Shown: positions 1 through 9,384, counted from the first letter of the stretch. The stretch: 37,168 nucleotides of DNA from Verrucomicrobiota bacterium (GCA_039798785.1 JBDKFG010000049.1:1-37168), one strand, 5' to 3'. The notes: generated by a model not told the origin, from the letters alone. Made by a program: numbers and translations.

Positions 1-102
1 GGCCAGCTCCAATTCACCCCGACTTCTCTCCCCGGAAAGCCCTCTGCCGAGCCCTCGGCACTACGTACTGCTTGACCGCGTTAGCGGGGCGCAGTACAGG
101 AC

Positions 103-1038
103 TTAGGAATCGAGAGTCGCAAGTCCGGCGATGACGCGTTCGAGGACGGCGGGATTGTAGCCGCCTTCGAGGTGGAGTCCAAGGCGGCCTGAGGCGAGCA
201 TGTCGGCCCAGCTGCGCAGCATCCGGTAGGCGGCGAAGAAGTCGTTGTCCTCCAGCTTGAAAAAGGCGAAGGGGTCGTCCTTGTGGCCATCGAGGCCGAA
301 GGCGACGAGGACGGCGTCGGGCGGGCCGAAATGCAGGAGGGAATGTTCCAGGGCGAGGTCGAGCGATTCTAGCCAGCGACTGCCTTGGCATCCCTCTGGC
401 AGGGGCCGGTTGATCAGGATTCCTTGCCCCGTGCCGCCGCCGGTTTCGTCGGCGAAGCCGCTGCCGGGGTAGAGTTGCAGGGGGTCGGCATGCAGGCTGA
501 TCAGGCAGGCATTCGGGTCGGTGAGGACAAAAGCCTGGGTGCCGTTGCCGTGATGGAGATCGATGTCTACATGGAGGATGCGAGCGCCAGGGATTTCCTG
601 ACGCAGGCTCCAGGCGGCGGCGGCGCCATGATTGGTGAAGCAGAAGCCCTCCGCCTTGTTCGGCGCCGCGTGGTGACCGGGGGGGCGGGTGAGGGCGAAG
701 GCCTGGTGTCCCTGGGCCAGCTGCCGGCCCAGTTCGAAGGAGCTGCCCGCCGCCGCCAGTATGGCTTCCGTCGAGCCGAGATCGAGAGGGCATTCGAGAG
801 ACATGAAGCGGGGGCGTCCGGAGAGGCAGGCCGATTCGAGGCCCTCGACATAGCCGGAGGGATGGATCCTGCGGAGATCGCAGAAACGAGCCGGGGCGGC
901 TTCGATCATCTCGATCCGCCCTTCCTGGCGCAGGAGCTCGAGGCGGGCGAGGAGGGCTTTGAGCCTCTCCGGCTGCTCCGGATTGTCGGCAGGGGGTTCG
1001 TGGCCGAGGCACTCGGGGTTGTGCAGGAAGCGCCTCAT
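103..1038 (-). CDS. Zn-dependent histone deacetylase family (AcuC/HDAC-like) amidohydrolase
   Basis: Motifs RPPGHHA, GFC, DIDLHHGNGTQ, DGHKDDP and LEGGY are all present; the start overlaps the upstream stop (TGATG at 1036-1040). Confidence 0.92.
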   Translation of the reverse strand: MRRFLHNPECLGHEPPADNPEQPERLKALLARLELLRQEGRIEMIEAAPARFCDLRRIHPSGYVEGLESACLSGRPRFMSLECPLDLGSTEAILAAAGSSFELGRQLAQGHQAFALTRPPGHHAAPNKAEGFCFTNHGAAAAWSLRQEIPGARILHVDIDLHHGNGTQAFVLTDPNACLISLHADPLQLYPGSGFADETGGGTGQGILINRPLPEGCQGSRWLESLDLALEHSLLHFGPPDAVLVAFGLDGHKDDPFAFFKLEDNDFFAAYRMLRSWADMLASGRLGLHLEGGYNPAVLERVIAGLATLDS

Positions 1039-2876
1039 CAGGATTCCTCCTTGAGCTGGAGGGTGTAGATCATTTCCTGCGGGTCCTCCGCCTCGATCCT
1101 GCCGGCGAAGGCGAACTTCTCGAGCAGGCGGCGCATGGACTGGTTGTCCTTGCGGACGTAGGCGATCAAGGATCGGACCTGGCGGCGCCGGGCGATTTCG
1201 ATGAGCTGGCCGAGGAGGGTGCTGCCGAGGCCGATGCCTTGCAGCGATTCCCTGACGACGAAGGCGACTTCAGCGTCTTCGCCCTGGCGGTAGAAGCGGG
1301 CGACGCCATGGATCAGTTCGCGCGGGCCCTGCCGCTGCGTGGCCGCCAGGGCGAGATCGCGCGACTGGTCGACATTGACCATCTTGTAGGCTCTTTCGGT
1401 GCTCATCTGCGAAGGCAGAGAGCGGTAGCGCTGCAGCAGGGTCTTGTCGCTGTGGGAATAGAAGAACTCCTGGAGGCGGCGCTGATCGCTGGGGTGGACT
1501 TCGCGGAGGTAGAATTCGTGGCCTTTGAGGGTGAGTCGCCGGGCGGCGTCGGCGAGTTCCGGCACCATCACTGGCCGGTGTTCCTGGTAGCGAGGGACCC
1601 AGCCGAGGCGCCGCACTTCCTCGAGCAGGGCCTCGCGGAACTTCGGGTGCGCCACCTGGATGAGCTCGAGAGCTCGCTCGCGGATGCTGCGGCCCCGCAA
1701 GGTGGCGATGCCGTATTCGGTGACGACGTAGTGGACGTCGCCGCGCGAGGTGACGACGCCGTCATGCGCCGCGAGGCAGGTGACGATGCGGCTGACGCTG
1801 CCGTCCTTGGCGGTGGAGGGTAGGGCGATGATCGGGCGTCCGCCTGGCGACATGCTGGCGCCGCGGATGAAATCCACCTGGCCGCCGATGCCACTGTAGA
1901 AGCGGCCGCCGATGGTGTCGGCGCAGACCTGGCCGCTGAGGTCGACCGAGAGGGCGCCATTGATGCTGGTCATCCGTGGCTGGGCGGCGATCTGCGAGGG
2001 CAGGTTCACCGCTTCGCTGGGGCGGAAGTGGATGTGGGGGTTGTCGGCGATGTAGTCGTAGAGCTCGCGGCTGCCGAGGGCGAAGCTGGCGACGCTGAGG
2101 CCGCGGTCTTGCGACTTCCGCGAATTGTTGATGTTGCCGCTCTTGAGCAGCTTCATCATGCCGTCGCTGAACATCTCGGAGTGGATGCCGAGGTCATTGC
2201 GGTGGCCGAGGCCACCGAGGACGGCATCGGGGATGCGCCCGACTCCCAGCTGCAGACAGGCACCGTCGTCGACCAGCAGAGCGACGTTGCGGGCGATGCG
2301 CAGAGTCGTGTCGTCGCCGGGCGGAGGTAGCAGGACCGGCAGCTCCTCGGCTTCGCTAAAGGCGGCGCTGATCCGGGAGACATGGACGAAGCTGTCGCCG
2401 AGGGTCCTGGGCAGGCGCGGGTTGATCTGGGCGATGACGAAGCGGGCGTTTCTCACTGCGGCGGCGACGATGTCGACAGAAGGCCCCAGGGAACAATAGC
2501 CCTGGGCGTCGGGCGGGCTGACGCTGATCAGGGCGGTATCGAGGGGGAGGACGCCCTCATCGAAGAGGCGGGGGATTTCCGAGACGAAGCAGGGGGTGTA
2601 GTCGGAGAGTCCGGCATTGGCGGTGTCGCGGCTGCCCTGGCTGAGGAAGAAGGAGTTGTCGTTGAGGTGTTCACCGTAGCGGCGTTCGAGCCAGGGCATC
2701 GGCCCGGGGGTGAGGAAGTGGAGGATCTCGACTCCGTGGAGCTTTTCCGCCGTCTCGGCGAGGAAGCGGCGCATCAGGGCCTGGGGCGTGGCGGCGCCGC
2801 CGCCGAGGAAGACCCGGTAGCCGGAACGGACGTAGCGGTTCCATTCGTAGGATTTGAGCTCCGGCGGCAGCGTCAT
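1038..2876 (-). CDS. Acetyl-CoA hydrolase/CoA-transferase (family I) fused to a C-terminal GNAT N-acetyltransferase
   Basis: N-terminal ~420 aa resemble 4-hydroxybutyrate CoA-transferase (LQLGVG, GIHSEM catalytic Glu, SGIGGQVDF, VVTEYG). C-terminal GNAT has the acetyl-CoA motif QGIGLG and EVAFVV. AGGAG RBS upstream. Confidence 0.9.
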   Translation of the reverse strand: MTLPPELKSYEWNRYVRSGYRVFLGGGAATPQALMRRFLAETAEKLHGVEILHFLTPGPMPWLERRYGEHLNDNSFFLSQGSRDTANAGLSDYTPCFVSEIPRLFDEGVLPLDTALISVSPPDAQGYCSLGPSVDIVAAAVRNARFVIAQINPRLPRTLGDSFVHVSRISAAFSEAEELPVLLPPPGDDTTLRIARNVALLVDDGACLQLGVGRIPDAVLGGLGHRNDLGIHSEMFSDGMMKLLKSGNINNSRKSQDRGLSVASFALGSRELYDYIADNPHIHFRPSEAVNLPSQIAAQPRMTSINGALSVDLSGQVCADTIGGRFYSGIGGQVDFIRGASMSPGGRPIIALPSTAKDGSVSRIVTCLAAHDGVVTSRGDVHYVVTEYGIATLRGRSIRERALELIQVAHPKFREALLEEVRRLGWVPRYQEHRPVMVPELADAARRLTLKGHEFYLREVHPSDQRRLQEFFYSHSDKTLLQRYRSLPSQMSTERAYKMVNVDQSRDLALAATQRQGPRELIHGVARFYRQGEDAEVAFVVRESLQGIGLGSTLLGQLIEIARRRQVRSLIAYVRKDNQSMRRLLEKFAFAGRIEAEDPQEMIYTLQLKEES

Positions 2877-2996
2877 CGCGAATCTCCTGAGGCTGGATTC
2901 CTGGGATCATGGATCCTGGCCAACAGCAGGCCGTCCACCACTCAAGGTAATCCCTCTTTCGCGGCGGCGAGTGGGGCAGGAGCTGGAGAAATCGAA

Positions 2997-3998
2997 TCAG
3001 GGCCGGCCCGAGCGGATCCAGGCCTCGAGTTGGGTGAGGTCGATGCCAGTGGCCTTGCTGATCTGAGCTTCGCTCAGGTTCATGTCACGCAGGCTCTCCG
3101 CCGTGACAAGCTTGTCGCGTCGAGCCTGAGCTTCCGCTTTCTGCTTGTCGGCCTCTGCTTTCTGCTTGTCGGCCTCTGCTTTCTGCTTGTCGGCCTCTGC
3201 TTTCTGCTTGTCGGCTTCCGCTTTGTCCCGCTCTTCTTCGAGGCGCTGGGTGCGGCGCTCGCGGCGACGCAGATCGTCAAGGTATTCGTCCTCGATCGTC
3301 ATCCGTTGGCGCATCTCCTCGGATTCCCCGGCGCGGCTGAGGCGGCGCAAGACGGGGCGGAATTCCTCCGGCAACTGGCTTTCGTCGATGATCAGGGTGT
3401 GGCCGTCCTGCGAGTCCTTGCGATGCTGGTCGAAGACCTTGAGCAGGCTTTCGAGGGAATTGCGGGCGGCGTCGTGGAGATTGGGAATCTGGATAATGAA
3501 GCTTTCGTGGGTCAGGCACTCGATGAAGGGGCTGTGGCCGACAAGTTTCTTGCCGGTGATGGCGTCGAGCTGTTGCCTCGCCACTTTGATCGCCGGAACC
3601 TCGGGCAGGCCGCTGAGCTTGTGGCCGAGAAGATAGATCGCCAGCACCGGCAGCGGTTGCGGCACGGTATCCGGCGGCAGGCCCGGGACGACGTTGGCGG
3701 GATTGGAATATTGCTGGCCGAGGTAGCGACGGAAACGCATGATGTCTTCGGCTTCCTTGGCCTTCTGGATCTCGATCAGAACCAGTTGGAAGCCGCCGTT
3801 GGCGAGCTTGACATGAGCACAGAAATCGAGGCGGTAGACGAGCAGGCCACCGCCGACTTCGGCGCGCATCTCGGTCGGGCGGGGCTCGACCTTGTCGATG
3901 TCCAGACCGGTGATCGTCGCAATCACCGTGCGGGCGCACTCAGGGTCGTCCATCAGGAATTTGAAGACGCTGTCGTAGAGTGGGTTGGCGATACGCAT
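2997..3998 (-). CDS. Rpn-like (PD-(D/E)XK nuclease / putative transposase) protein with C-terminal coiled-coil repeat
   Basis: N-terminus MRIANPLYDSVFKFLM, catalytic-like RLDF...IEIQK, and C-terminal HTH-like tail (ISKATGID). Start moved from the ORF track to ATG 3998. Confidence 0.8.
   Translation of the reverse strand: MRIANPLYDSVFKFLMDDPECARTVIATITGLDIDKVEPRPTEMRAEVGGGLLVYRLDFCAHVKLANGGFQLVLIEIQKAKEAEDIMRFRRYLGQQYSNPANVVPGLPPDTVPQPLPVLAIYLLGHKLSGLPEVPAIKVARQQLDAITGKKLVGHSPFIECLTHESFIIQIPNLHDAARNSLESLLKVFDQHRKDSQDGHTLIIDESQLPEEFRPVLRRLSRAGESEEMRQRMTIEDEYLDDLRRRERRTQRLEEERDKAEADKQKAEADKQKAEADKQKAEADKQKAEAQARRDKLVTAESLRDMNLSEAQISKATGIDLTQLEAWIRSGRP
3131..3224. repeat. 21-bp in-frame tandem repeat (about 4.5 copies) encoding AEADKQK heptads
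   Basis: GCTTTCTGCTTGTCGGCCTCT at 3136, 3157 and 3178, with a variant copy at 3199. Confidence 0.95.
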
Positions 3999-4168
3999 GA
4001 AGAGAAGCTCGGGTTGATGCGGAAGTCTAGCGCCAAAAGAGCCGCCGCGCCAGTGGAGGACAGACGATGGCAATCACTTTTCCGTTGATCCTCGCGCCGG
4101 ACCTTGATCAAGTCGCGCAGCTGAATTTCCAGCTCGATTGTCCATCCGGCGAACGCAATCCAGTCAGT

Positions 4169-5551
4169 TCAAGCGAGGATCCCCTTGATCACCTTGCCCG
4201 GCTCGACCCCGAAGGGCTTGAGGTCGACCCCGAGGACGCGTTTCGACAGGCGGTGGGCGTCGATGCCGAGGATGTCGCAGATGGTGGTCACTTGGTCCCG
4301 CGGGTGGACGGCGCCGTCGGCGATGTTGAAGGCGAAGTCGTCGGTGGCGCCGTGGGTGACGCCGGCCTTGACGCCGCCGCCGGCCATCCAGCCGGTGAAG
4401 CATTTGGCGTGGTGGTCGCGGCCGTCGCCGCCCTGGGTGTAGGTGGTGCGGCCGAATTCACCGCCCCAGACGATCAGGGTGTCTTCCATCAGACCGCGCT
4501 GCTTCAGGTCGGTGAGGAGGGCGTAGGTGGGGCGGTCGGTGGCGCCGCAGAGGCGGGGTAGGTCTTTGGCGAGGCCGCCGTGGAAGTCCCAGCCGCGCTG
4601 GTAGACCTGGGTGAAGCGGACGCCGCGTTCGGCGAGGCGGCGGGCCATCAGGCAGTTGTAGGCGAAGCTGCCGGGGATCTTGGCCTCGGGGCCGTAGAGG
4701 TCCCAGGTCGACTGCGGCTCCTTCGAGAAGTCGGTGAGCTCGGGGACGCTCATCTGCATCTTGCTGGCCATTTCGTATTGGGCGATGCGGGCCTTGGTCT
4801 CGGGATCGCCGAAGTCCTCGAAGGTGCGGGCGTTCTGCTCGTTGATGCCCTCGACCAGGGTGCGGCGCAGCTCGGGGCTCATGCCTTCGGGGTTCTTCAG
4901 GTAGAGGACCGGGTCTTGTCCGGAGCGGAGGGCGACGCCGGCGTGCTGGGTGGGGAGGAAGGAGCTGGACCAGAGGCGGGGGGTGACGGGCTGGCCGGAG
5001 GTGCCGGGGAGGAGGTTGGAGTTGAGGACGACGTAGCTGGGGAGGTTGGCGTTGAGGGAGCCGAGGCCGTAGGACATCCAGGAGCCGAAGGAGGGGCGGC
5101 CGGGGAACATGGCGCAGGTGTTCATCAGCATGATAGCTGGTTCATGGTTGATCGCGTCGGAGTACATCGAGTGGATCATCGCCAAGTCGTCGATCACCTT
5201 GGCTGTGTGGGGCAGGGCGTCGCTGACCCAGCGTCCGGTTTTGCCGTGCTGAGCGAACTTGCGAGGGCTGGCGAGGACGGTGAAACGAGCCTGGCCGGCG
5301 CTCATCCCGGAGGGTTTGAAGTCGGCGCCGAGCACCGAGGGCGGCAGGTCCTGGCCGTGGAATTTGGCGAGTGAGGGCTTGTAGTCGAAGAGGTCCATAT
5401 GGGGCGGGCCGCCGGCCATGAAGAGCCAGATCACCCGTTTCGCCCGGGCCTTGCCGGTGAGGTGGAGATCGGCGGCCTGGCCGTCGAGCGAGGCGAGCGC
5501 CAGGGCGCCGAGGCCGAGGCCGGAGCTTTGGAGGAAGTGGCGGCGGTTCAT
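4169..5551 (-). CDS. DUF1501 domain protein with Tat signal
   Basis: MNRRHFL twin-Arg signal, LFMAGGPPHMDLFDYKP, GWDFH, GGEFGRT, GRDHH; GGAG RBS before ATG 5551. Confidence 0.92.
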   Translation of the reverse strand: MNRRHFLQSSGLGLGALALASLDGQAADLHLTGKARAKRVIWLFMAGGPPHMDLFDYKPSLAKFHGQDLPPSVLGADFKPSGMSAGQARFTVLASPRKFAQHGKTGRWVSDALPHTAKVIDDLAMIHSMYSDAINHEPAIMLMNTCAMFPGRPSFGSWMSYGLGSLNANLPSYVVLNSNLLPGTSGQPVTPRLWSSSFLPTQHAGVALRSGQDPVLYLKNPEGMSPELRRTLVEGINEQNARTFEDFGDPETKARIAQYEMASKMQMSVPELTDFSKEPQSTWDLYGPEAKIPGSFAYNCLMARRLAERGVRFTQVYQRGWDFHGGLAKDLPRLCGATDRPTYALLTDLKQRGLMEDTLIVWGGEFGRTTYTQGGDGRDHHAKCFTGWMAGGGVKAGVTHGATDDFAFNIADGAVHPRDQVTTICDILGIDAHRLSKRVLGVDLKPFGVEPGKVIKGILA

Positions 5552-5567
5552 GGGGGCTCCTTCGGAG

Positions 5568-5654
5568 AGTTCAAAGTTCAAAGTTTAAGGTTTAAAGTTG
5601 GGAGCTCAGGATGATCAGTCCGATCAGTCGGATCGGGCCGATCTGCAGCTCCCC
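5568..5654. repeat. Intergenic short tandem repeats: heptamers (AGTTCAA/AGTTTAA x4) then nonamers (GATCAGTCC-like x3) framed by GGGAGCT/AGCTCCC
   Basis: Read directly between the PSD1 gene stop and the DUF1501 start. Confidence 0.75.
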
Positions 5655-5668
5655 AGTTGTGTACCGGT

Positions 5669-8600
5669 TCACTTGTTCATGAACTCATCGCTGTTGAGGA
5701 AGATGCTGGCGAGGGCCATCCAGGCGGCGAGTTCTTCGGGGTTCAAGCTGGCGGGGAGGGGGCTGTCGCCCTGTTTGAGGAGCTGCTTGGCGCTTTCCGC
5801 AGTGAGCTGGGTCTGGATGCTGGAGAGGCGTTTTTGGTAGGCTGCGGTTTCGGCGGGGCTGAGGCTGCGGCCGAAGGTCTTGCGGGCGATGAGGTCGAGG
5901 CGGGCTTCCGGACTCGGAGCCTTTTCCAGGGCGTGTTGGGCGAGGACGCGGGCGGCTTCGAGGAAGGTGACATCGTTCATCATCGCCAGGGCCGCAAGCG
6001 GGGTGTTGGTGCGGTTGCGGCGGGCGCAAGCGGCAAGGCGGTCGGTGCCGTCGAAGATGTCGAGTTCGGGGTGGACGGCGGTGCGTTTGACGAACTGGTA
6101 CAGGCTGCGGCGGTAGAGGAGCGGGGCTGGGTGGCGGTGGTAGAGGTGGGTGTCGGAGGGGTAGCTGTTGCTCCAGACGCCGTCGGGCTGGTAGCCGAGG
6201 AAGCTGGGGCCGCCGATCTTTTCCTGGTTGAGGAGTCCGGCGGCGAAGAGGGCGGAGTCGCGCAGGGCTTCGGCGTCGAGGCGGAAGCGGGGGCTGCGGC
6301 TGAGCAGGCGGTTGTGGGGATCCTTCTCTTGATTGGCGGGAACGATCCGGGCCGATTGGCGGTAGGCCATCGACATCACCATCTGGCGGTAGACTCGTTT
6401 CATCTTCCAGCCGTTCTGGCGGAAGTCGAGGGCGAGCCAATCGAGCAGTTCGGGGTGGCTGGGGCGCTCGCCGACGATGCCGAAGTCCTCGGCGGTTTCG
6501 ACCAGGCCGGTGCCAAAGAGTTCGAGCCAGATGCGGTTGACCGCGACGCGTGCGGTGAGGGGGTTTTCCGGCATGGTCAGCCACTGGGCAAGGCCGAGGC
6601 GGTTGGCAGGGGCGCCAGCGGGCGGCGGCGGCAGGAAGCTGGGAGTGGCGGCGTAGACCCGCTCAAGGCGGCTGCCGTATTCGCCGCGGCCGAGGACGTG
6701 GGCGAAGGCGGGGCTCGGTTTCTCCTGGCAGACCAAGGTGCCGGCGCCAAGTTTGCCTTCGTACATCTGCACCAGGCTGTCGCTGACCTTCTTGCCCTCG
6801 TGGATGTTGTTGGCGCCTTGATAGTGGACGACCTTGACCTTGGCGCTCAAGGCCTCCATTTCCTGCCGGGCCTGGGCGATTTCAGCCTTGAGGGCCTTGA
6901 CCTGTGTGTCCTCGGCGAAGCAGGCCTTGCGGGCGGCGTCGCGTTCGAAGGGGGTCCAGCTTCCGGGGTAATCGGGCTTGTTCTTGAAGACTTCTGCGAG
7001 GGGATCGAGGATGGGGAGTCGCGCCACTTCTTCGGCCGGGAGGGCTTTTTTGTAGAGGCGCAGGTCGAGCAAGCCGACGCCGCGGAGAGGTGCGGCGCCA
7101 GCTTCGTCGCCGCCGCGGCGGCCGAAGTTGAAGGGGACGCTGGTGCGGATGCTGCCGCTGAGCTTGTCATTGTCGATCTTGGCGCCGACGGCCTGGCCAT
7201 TGAGGTAGAACTTGATCCCGGCGGCCTTGCCGGAGCCGTCGTAGCTGGCGGTGACGTGAGTCCATTGCATCCGGGTCAGGGCGGCGCTGCTGCTGGCCTT
7301 GAGCGCCTCGCCCGGCCAGGTGTGGATCAGGTGCATGCTGATGCGTCCGCCTTCCAGGAAGAGATCCCAGCCGCGGAGCTTGCCGGAGCCGTCCATCTTC
7401 GACAGGATGGTGCCGCTGCCCGAGCCTTGGCCGAGGGGTTCCTCGTTCCAGCGGACCCAGGTCGAGACGGTGAAGGGCTGATCGGCTTCGAAGTCGCCGA
7501 TCTCGGGGATCTGGTAGCGGGTGTTGTTGTCGAGGCGGAAGGAGCCGCTGAGCAGGGGATATTCGTCCCACAGGGGCGGGGCCGCTTCGAATTTGTGAGT
7601 CTTGCCGCTGACGGCGTCGCGGATCTCGCCCTTGCCGGCGGCGCCTTCGTCGAGCTTGAAGCGGCTGAGCAGGTCCTGGCTCGGCAGGGCTTGGGGGCCT
7701 TGCGGCGAGCGCAGCCAGGTCGCGACCTGGGGCTCGGAATTCTCGAGGATTTTCTGCAGGGCGGCCTGCGCCTTCGACTTGCGGGTCAGGGCGGTCTCGA
7801 AGGCGGCGCGGTCTTCGGGCTTGGGCAGGACTTGGAAGGGCAGCCAGTTGTCGGTGTCGTCGTGCCAGGGCTTCTCGGTGAGGTTGCCGAAGTAGGCGCT
7901 GAGCGAATAGAAATCGCGCTGGGTGATCGGGTCGTACTTGTGGTCGTGGCAGACGGCGCAGCCGGTGCTCATTCCCATGAAGGTGACGCCGAAGGCTTCG
8001 CTGCGTTCGCGTTTGACGCTGCACCACATGTCTTGCGGGATGCCGCCGCCCTCGCCGGAGGCGATGCCGGCGCGGACGAAGCCGGTGGCGACGAGGGCAT
8101 CGAGGTCGCCGTCGGGCAGGAGGTCGCCGGCGAGCTGTTCGGTGGCGAAGCGGTCGAAGGGCTTGTCGGCGTTGAAGGATTTGATGACGTAGTCGCGGTA
8201 GGGCCAGATCGAGCGGTAGGGGTCGACGTGGATGCCGTGGGTGTCGCCGTAGCGGGCGTAGTCGAGCCAGTAGCGGCCGCGGTGTTCCCCGTAGGCGGGG
8301 GAGGCAAGGAGGCGATCGACCAGCTTGCCGTAGGCGGCATCGGTGTCGGCGGGATCTTTGACGAAGGCTTCGATCTCTTCAGGAGTGGGGGGGAGTCCGG
8401 TGAGGTCGAGGCTGACGCGGCGGATGAGCTGGCGGCGTTCGGCTTCGGCATTGGGTTTGAGGCCTTGCTCCTCGAGCTTGGCGAGGATGAAGGAGTCGAT
8501 CGGGGTCTTGACCCAGCTCTTGTCCTTGACCTGAGGCAGGCTCACGGCTTTGGGCGCCTCGAAGGCCCAGTGGTCGCGGAATTCCGCGCCTTCCGCAATC

Positions 8601-8992
8601 CAGCGGCGGAGCAGCTTGATCTGCTCGGGATTGAGGCGCTTGTCGGGGTCTTGCGGCATCATCTCGTCGGGATCGGTGCATTCGACCCGGACTACCAGCT
8701 CGCTCTCCTCGGGCTTGCCGGGAACGATCACCTTCTTGCCGGAATCGCAGACGTGTTCGAGCGCTTCGGCGCGCAGGTCGAGGCGTAGCTTCGCCTTGCG
8801 GTGCGAGGTGTCGGGGCCGTGGCAGTGGTAGCAGTAGTTGGAGAGGATCGGCAAGACATCGCGGTTGTAGTCGAGCTTGACCTGGACCGCCTTGGCGCGA
8901 GTGACAGGTGCCGCGACTGCCGTCGAGATCTCGGGCGTCTGATGGCAACTCAGGAGATTGACAAGGATTCCGAAGGTGAACAGGGGGCGCAT
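5669..8992 (-). CDS. PSD1 (DUF1553)/PSCyt2 (DUF1549)/planctomycete cytochrome c protein with a LamG-like insert; probable lipoprotein
   Basis: Heme motifs CYHCH and CAVCH; HWAF, WLDYARYGDT, HPELLDWLA, RRSLY, TNTPLAAL signatures; LamG-like WTHVTASYDG...YLNG; N-terminal LLSC lipobox. Confidence 0.92.
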   Translation of the reverse strand: MRPLFTFGILVNLLSCHQTPEISTAVAAPVTRAKAVQVKLDYNRDVLPILSNYCYHCHGPDTSHRKAKLRLDLRAEALEHVCDSGKKVIVPGKPEESELVVRVECTDPDEMMPQDPDKRLNPEQIKLLRRWIAEGAEFRDHWAFEAPKAVSLPQVKDKSWVKTPIDSFILAKLEEQGLKPNAEAERRQLIRRVSLDLTGLPPTPEEIEAFVKDPADTDAAYGKLVDRLLASPAYGEHRGRYWLDYARYGDTHGIHVDPYRSIWPYRDYVIKSFNADKPFDRFATEQLAGDLLPDGDLDALVATGFVRAGIASGEGGGIPQDMWCSVKRERSEAFGVTFMGMSTGCAVCHDHKYDPITQRDFYSLSAYFGNLTEKPWHDDTDNWLPFQVLPKPEDRAAFETALTRKSKAQAALQKILENSEPQVATWLRSPQGPQALPSQDLLSRFKLDEGAAGKGEIRDAVSGKTHKFEAAPPLWDEYPLLSGSFRLDNNTRYQIPEIGDFEADQPFTVSTWVRWNEEPLGQGSGSGTILSKMDGSGKLRGWDLFLEGGRISMHLIHTWPGEALKASSSAALTRMQWTHVTASYDGSGKAAGIKFYLNGQAVGAKIDNDKLSGSIRTSVPFNFGRRGGDEAGAAPLRGVGLLDLRLYKKALPAEEVARLPILDPLAEVFKNKPDYPGSWTPFERDAARKACFAEDTQVKALKAEIAQARQEMEALSAKVKVVHYQGANNIHEGKKVSDSLVQMYEGKLGAGTLVCQEKPSPAFAHVLGRGEYGSRLERVYAATPSFLPPPPAGAPANRLGLAQWLTMPENPLTARVAVNRIWLELFGTGLVETAEDFGIVGERPSHPELLDWLALDFRQNGWKMKRVYRQMVMSMAYRQSARIVPANQEKDPHNRLLSRSPRFRLDAEALRDSALFAAGLLNQEKIGGPSFLGYQPDGVWSNSYPSDTHLYHRHPAPLLYRRSLYQFVKRTAVHPELDIFDGTDRLAACARRNRTNTPLAALAMMNDVTFLEAARVLAQHALEKAPSPEARLDLIARKTFGRSLSPAETAAYQKRLSSIQTQLTAESAKQLLKQGDSPLPASLNPEELAAWMALASIFLNSDEFMNK

Positions 8993-9031
8993 CGACGGGG
9001 TCTCCGGGCTTGAAGCATTGCAGTTGATGCC

Positions 9032-9059
9032 TCAGAGAGCCTCCTTCCGGCAAAGTTCC
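9032..9059 (-). promoter_or_regulatory. Putative ECF (RpoE/AlgU-type) sigma promoter for the PSD1-DUF1501 operon
   Basis: Minus strand reads GGAACTT-N16-TCTGA, ending 40 nt upstream of ATG 8992. Confidence 0.5.
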
Positions 9060-9069
9060 CATCGCCGGC

Positions 9070-9098
9070 AAAAAAGAATCCCTGGGGCGCAGGGATTC
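9070..9098 (-). terminator. Rho-independent terminator after the ilvD 3' remnant
   Basis: Minus strand GAATCCCTG-cgccc-CAGGGATTC followed by TTTTTT. Confidence 0.85.
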
Positions 9099-9119
9099 CT
9101 CGGTCTGAGGAAAGGGGCT

Positions 9120-9242
9120 TCAGGCTTCGTCGGTGACGCAGTCTGGGGAGGTGTTCTTGGTCAGGCGGATGTACTTGCCGAGGGTGCAGCGGGTGTCCTT
9201 GAGGACGGGGGCGGTCCAATGTGCCTTGCACTGGGTGAGTTT
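9120..9242 (-). pseudogene. ilvD: Decayed duplicate of the last 40 codons plus stop of ilvD
   Basis: Gap-free alignment to 12418-12540 with 20 mismatches in 123 nt; translates [40 protein letters not shown] versus [40 protein letters not shown]. Confidence 0.9.
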
Positions 9243-9306
9243 GCTGGTCTGGATTTTTGGGGCTTGCAAGTGCTCGAGAGTCACGAGTTCTGCATTTTGA
9301 GCTCAA

Positions 9307-9384
9307 GTTTGTAGCTCCGGCTTCAGCCGGCCCGTTCTACTGTCCCCGGCTTTTGAGCGCAACAACCGGCTGAAGCCGGGGCTA
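9307..9384. repeat. GTAG-type REP doublet (inverted pair), right arm split by the intron
   Basis: Left arm GTTTGTAGCTCCGGCTTCAGCCGG 9307-9330; right arm CCGGCTGAAGCCGGGGCTA 9366-9384 continues as CAAAC 10575-10579. Each arm is GTAG plus a CCGGCT-N2-AGCCGG hairpin. Confidence 0.75.

Noticed and set aside
5657..8788. 1043-aa plus-strand ORF and other long antisense ORFs (e.g. 2382-4088, 12352-13854, 26386-27744, 28666-29898)
   Set aside because: Shadow ORFs on the opposite strand of well-supported genes in high-GC DNA, with no recognisable motifs.
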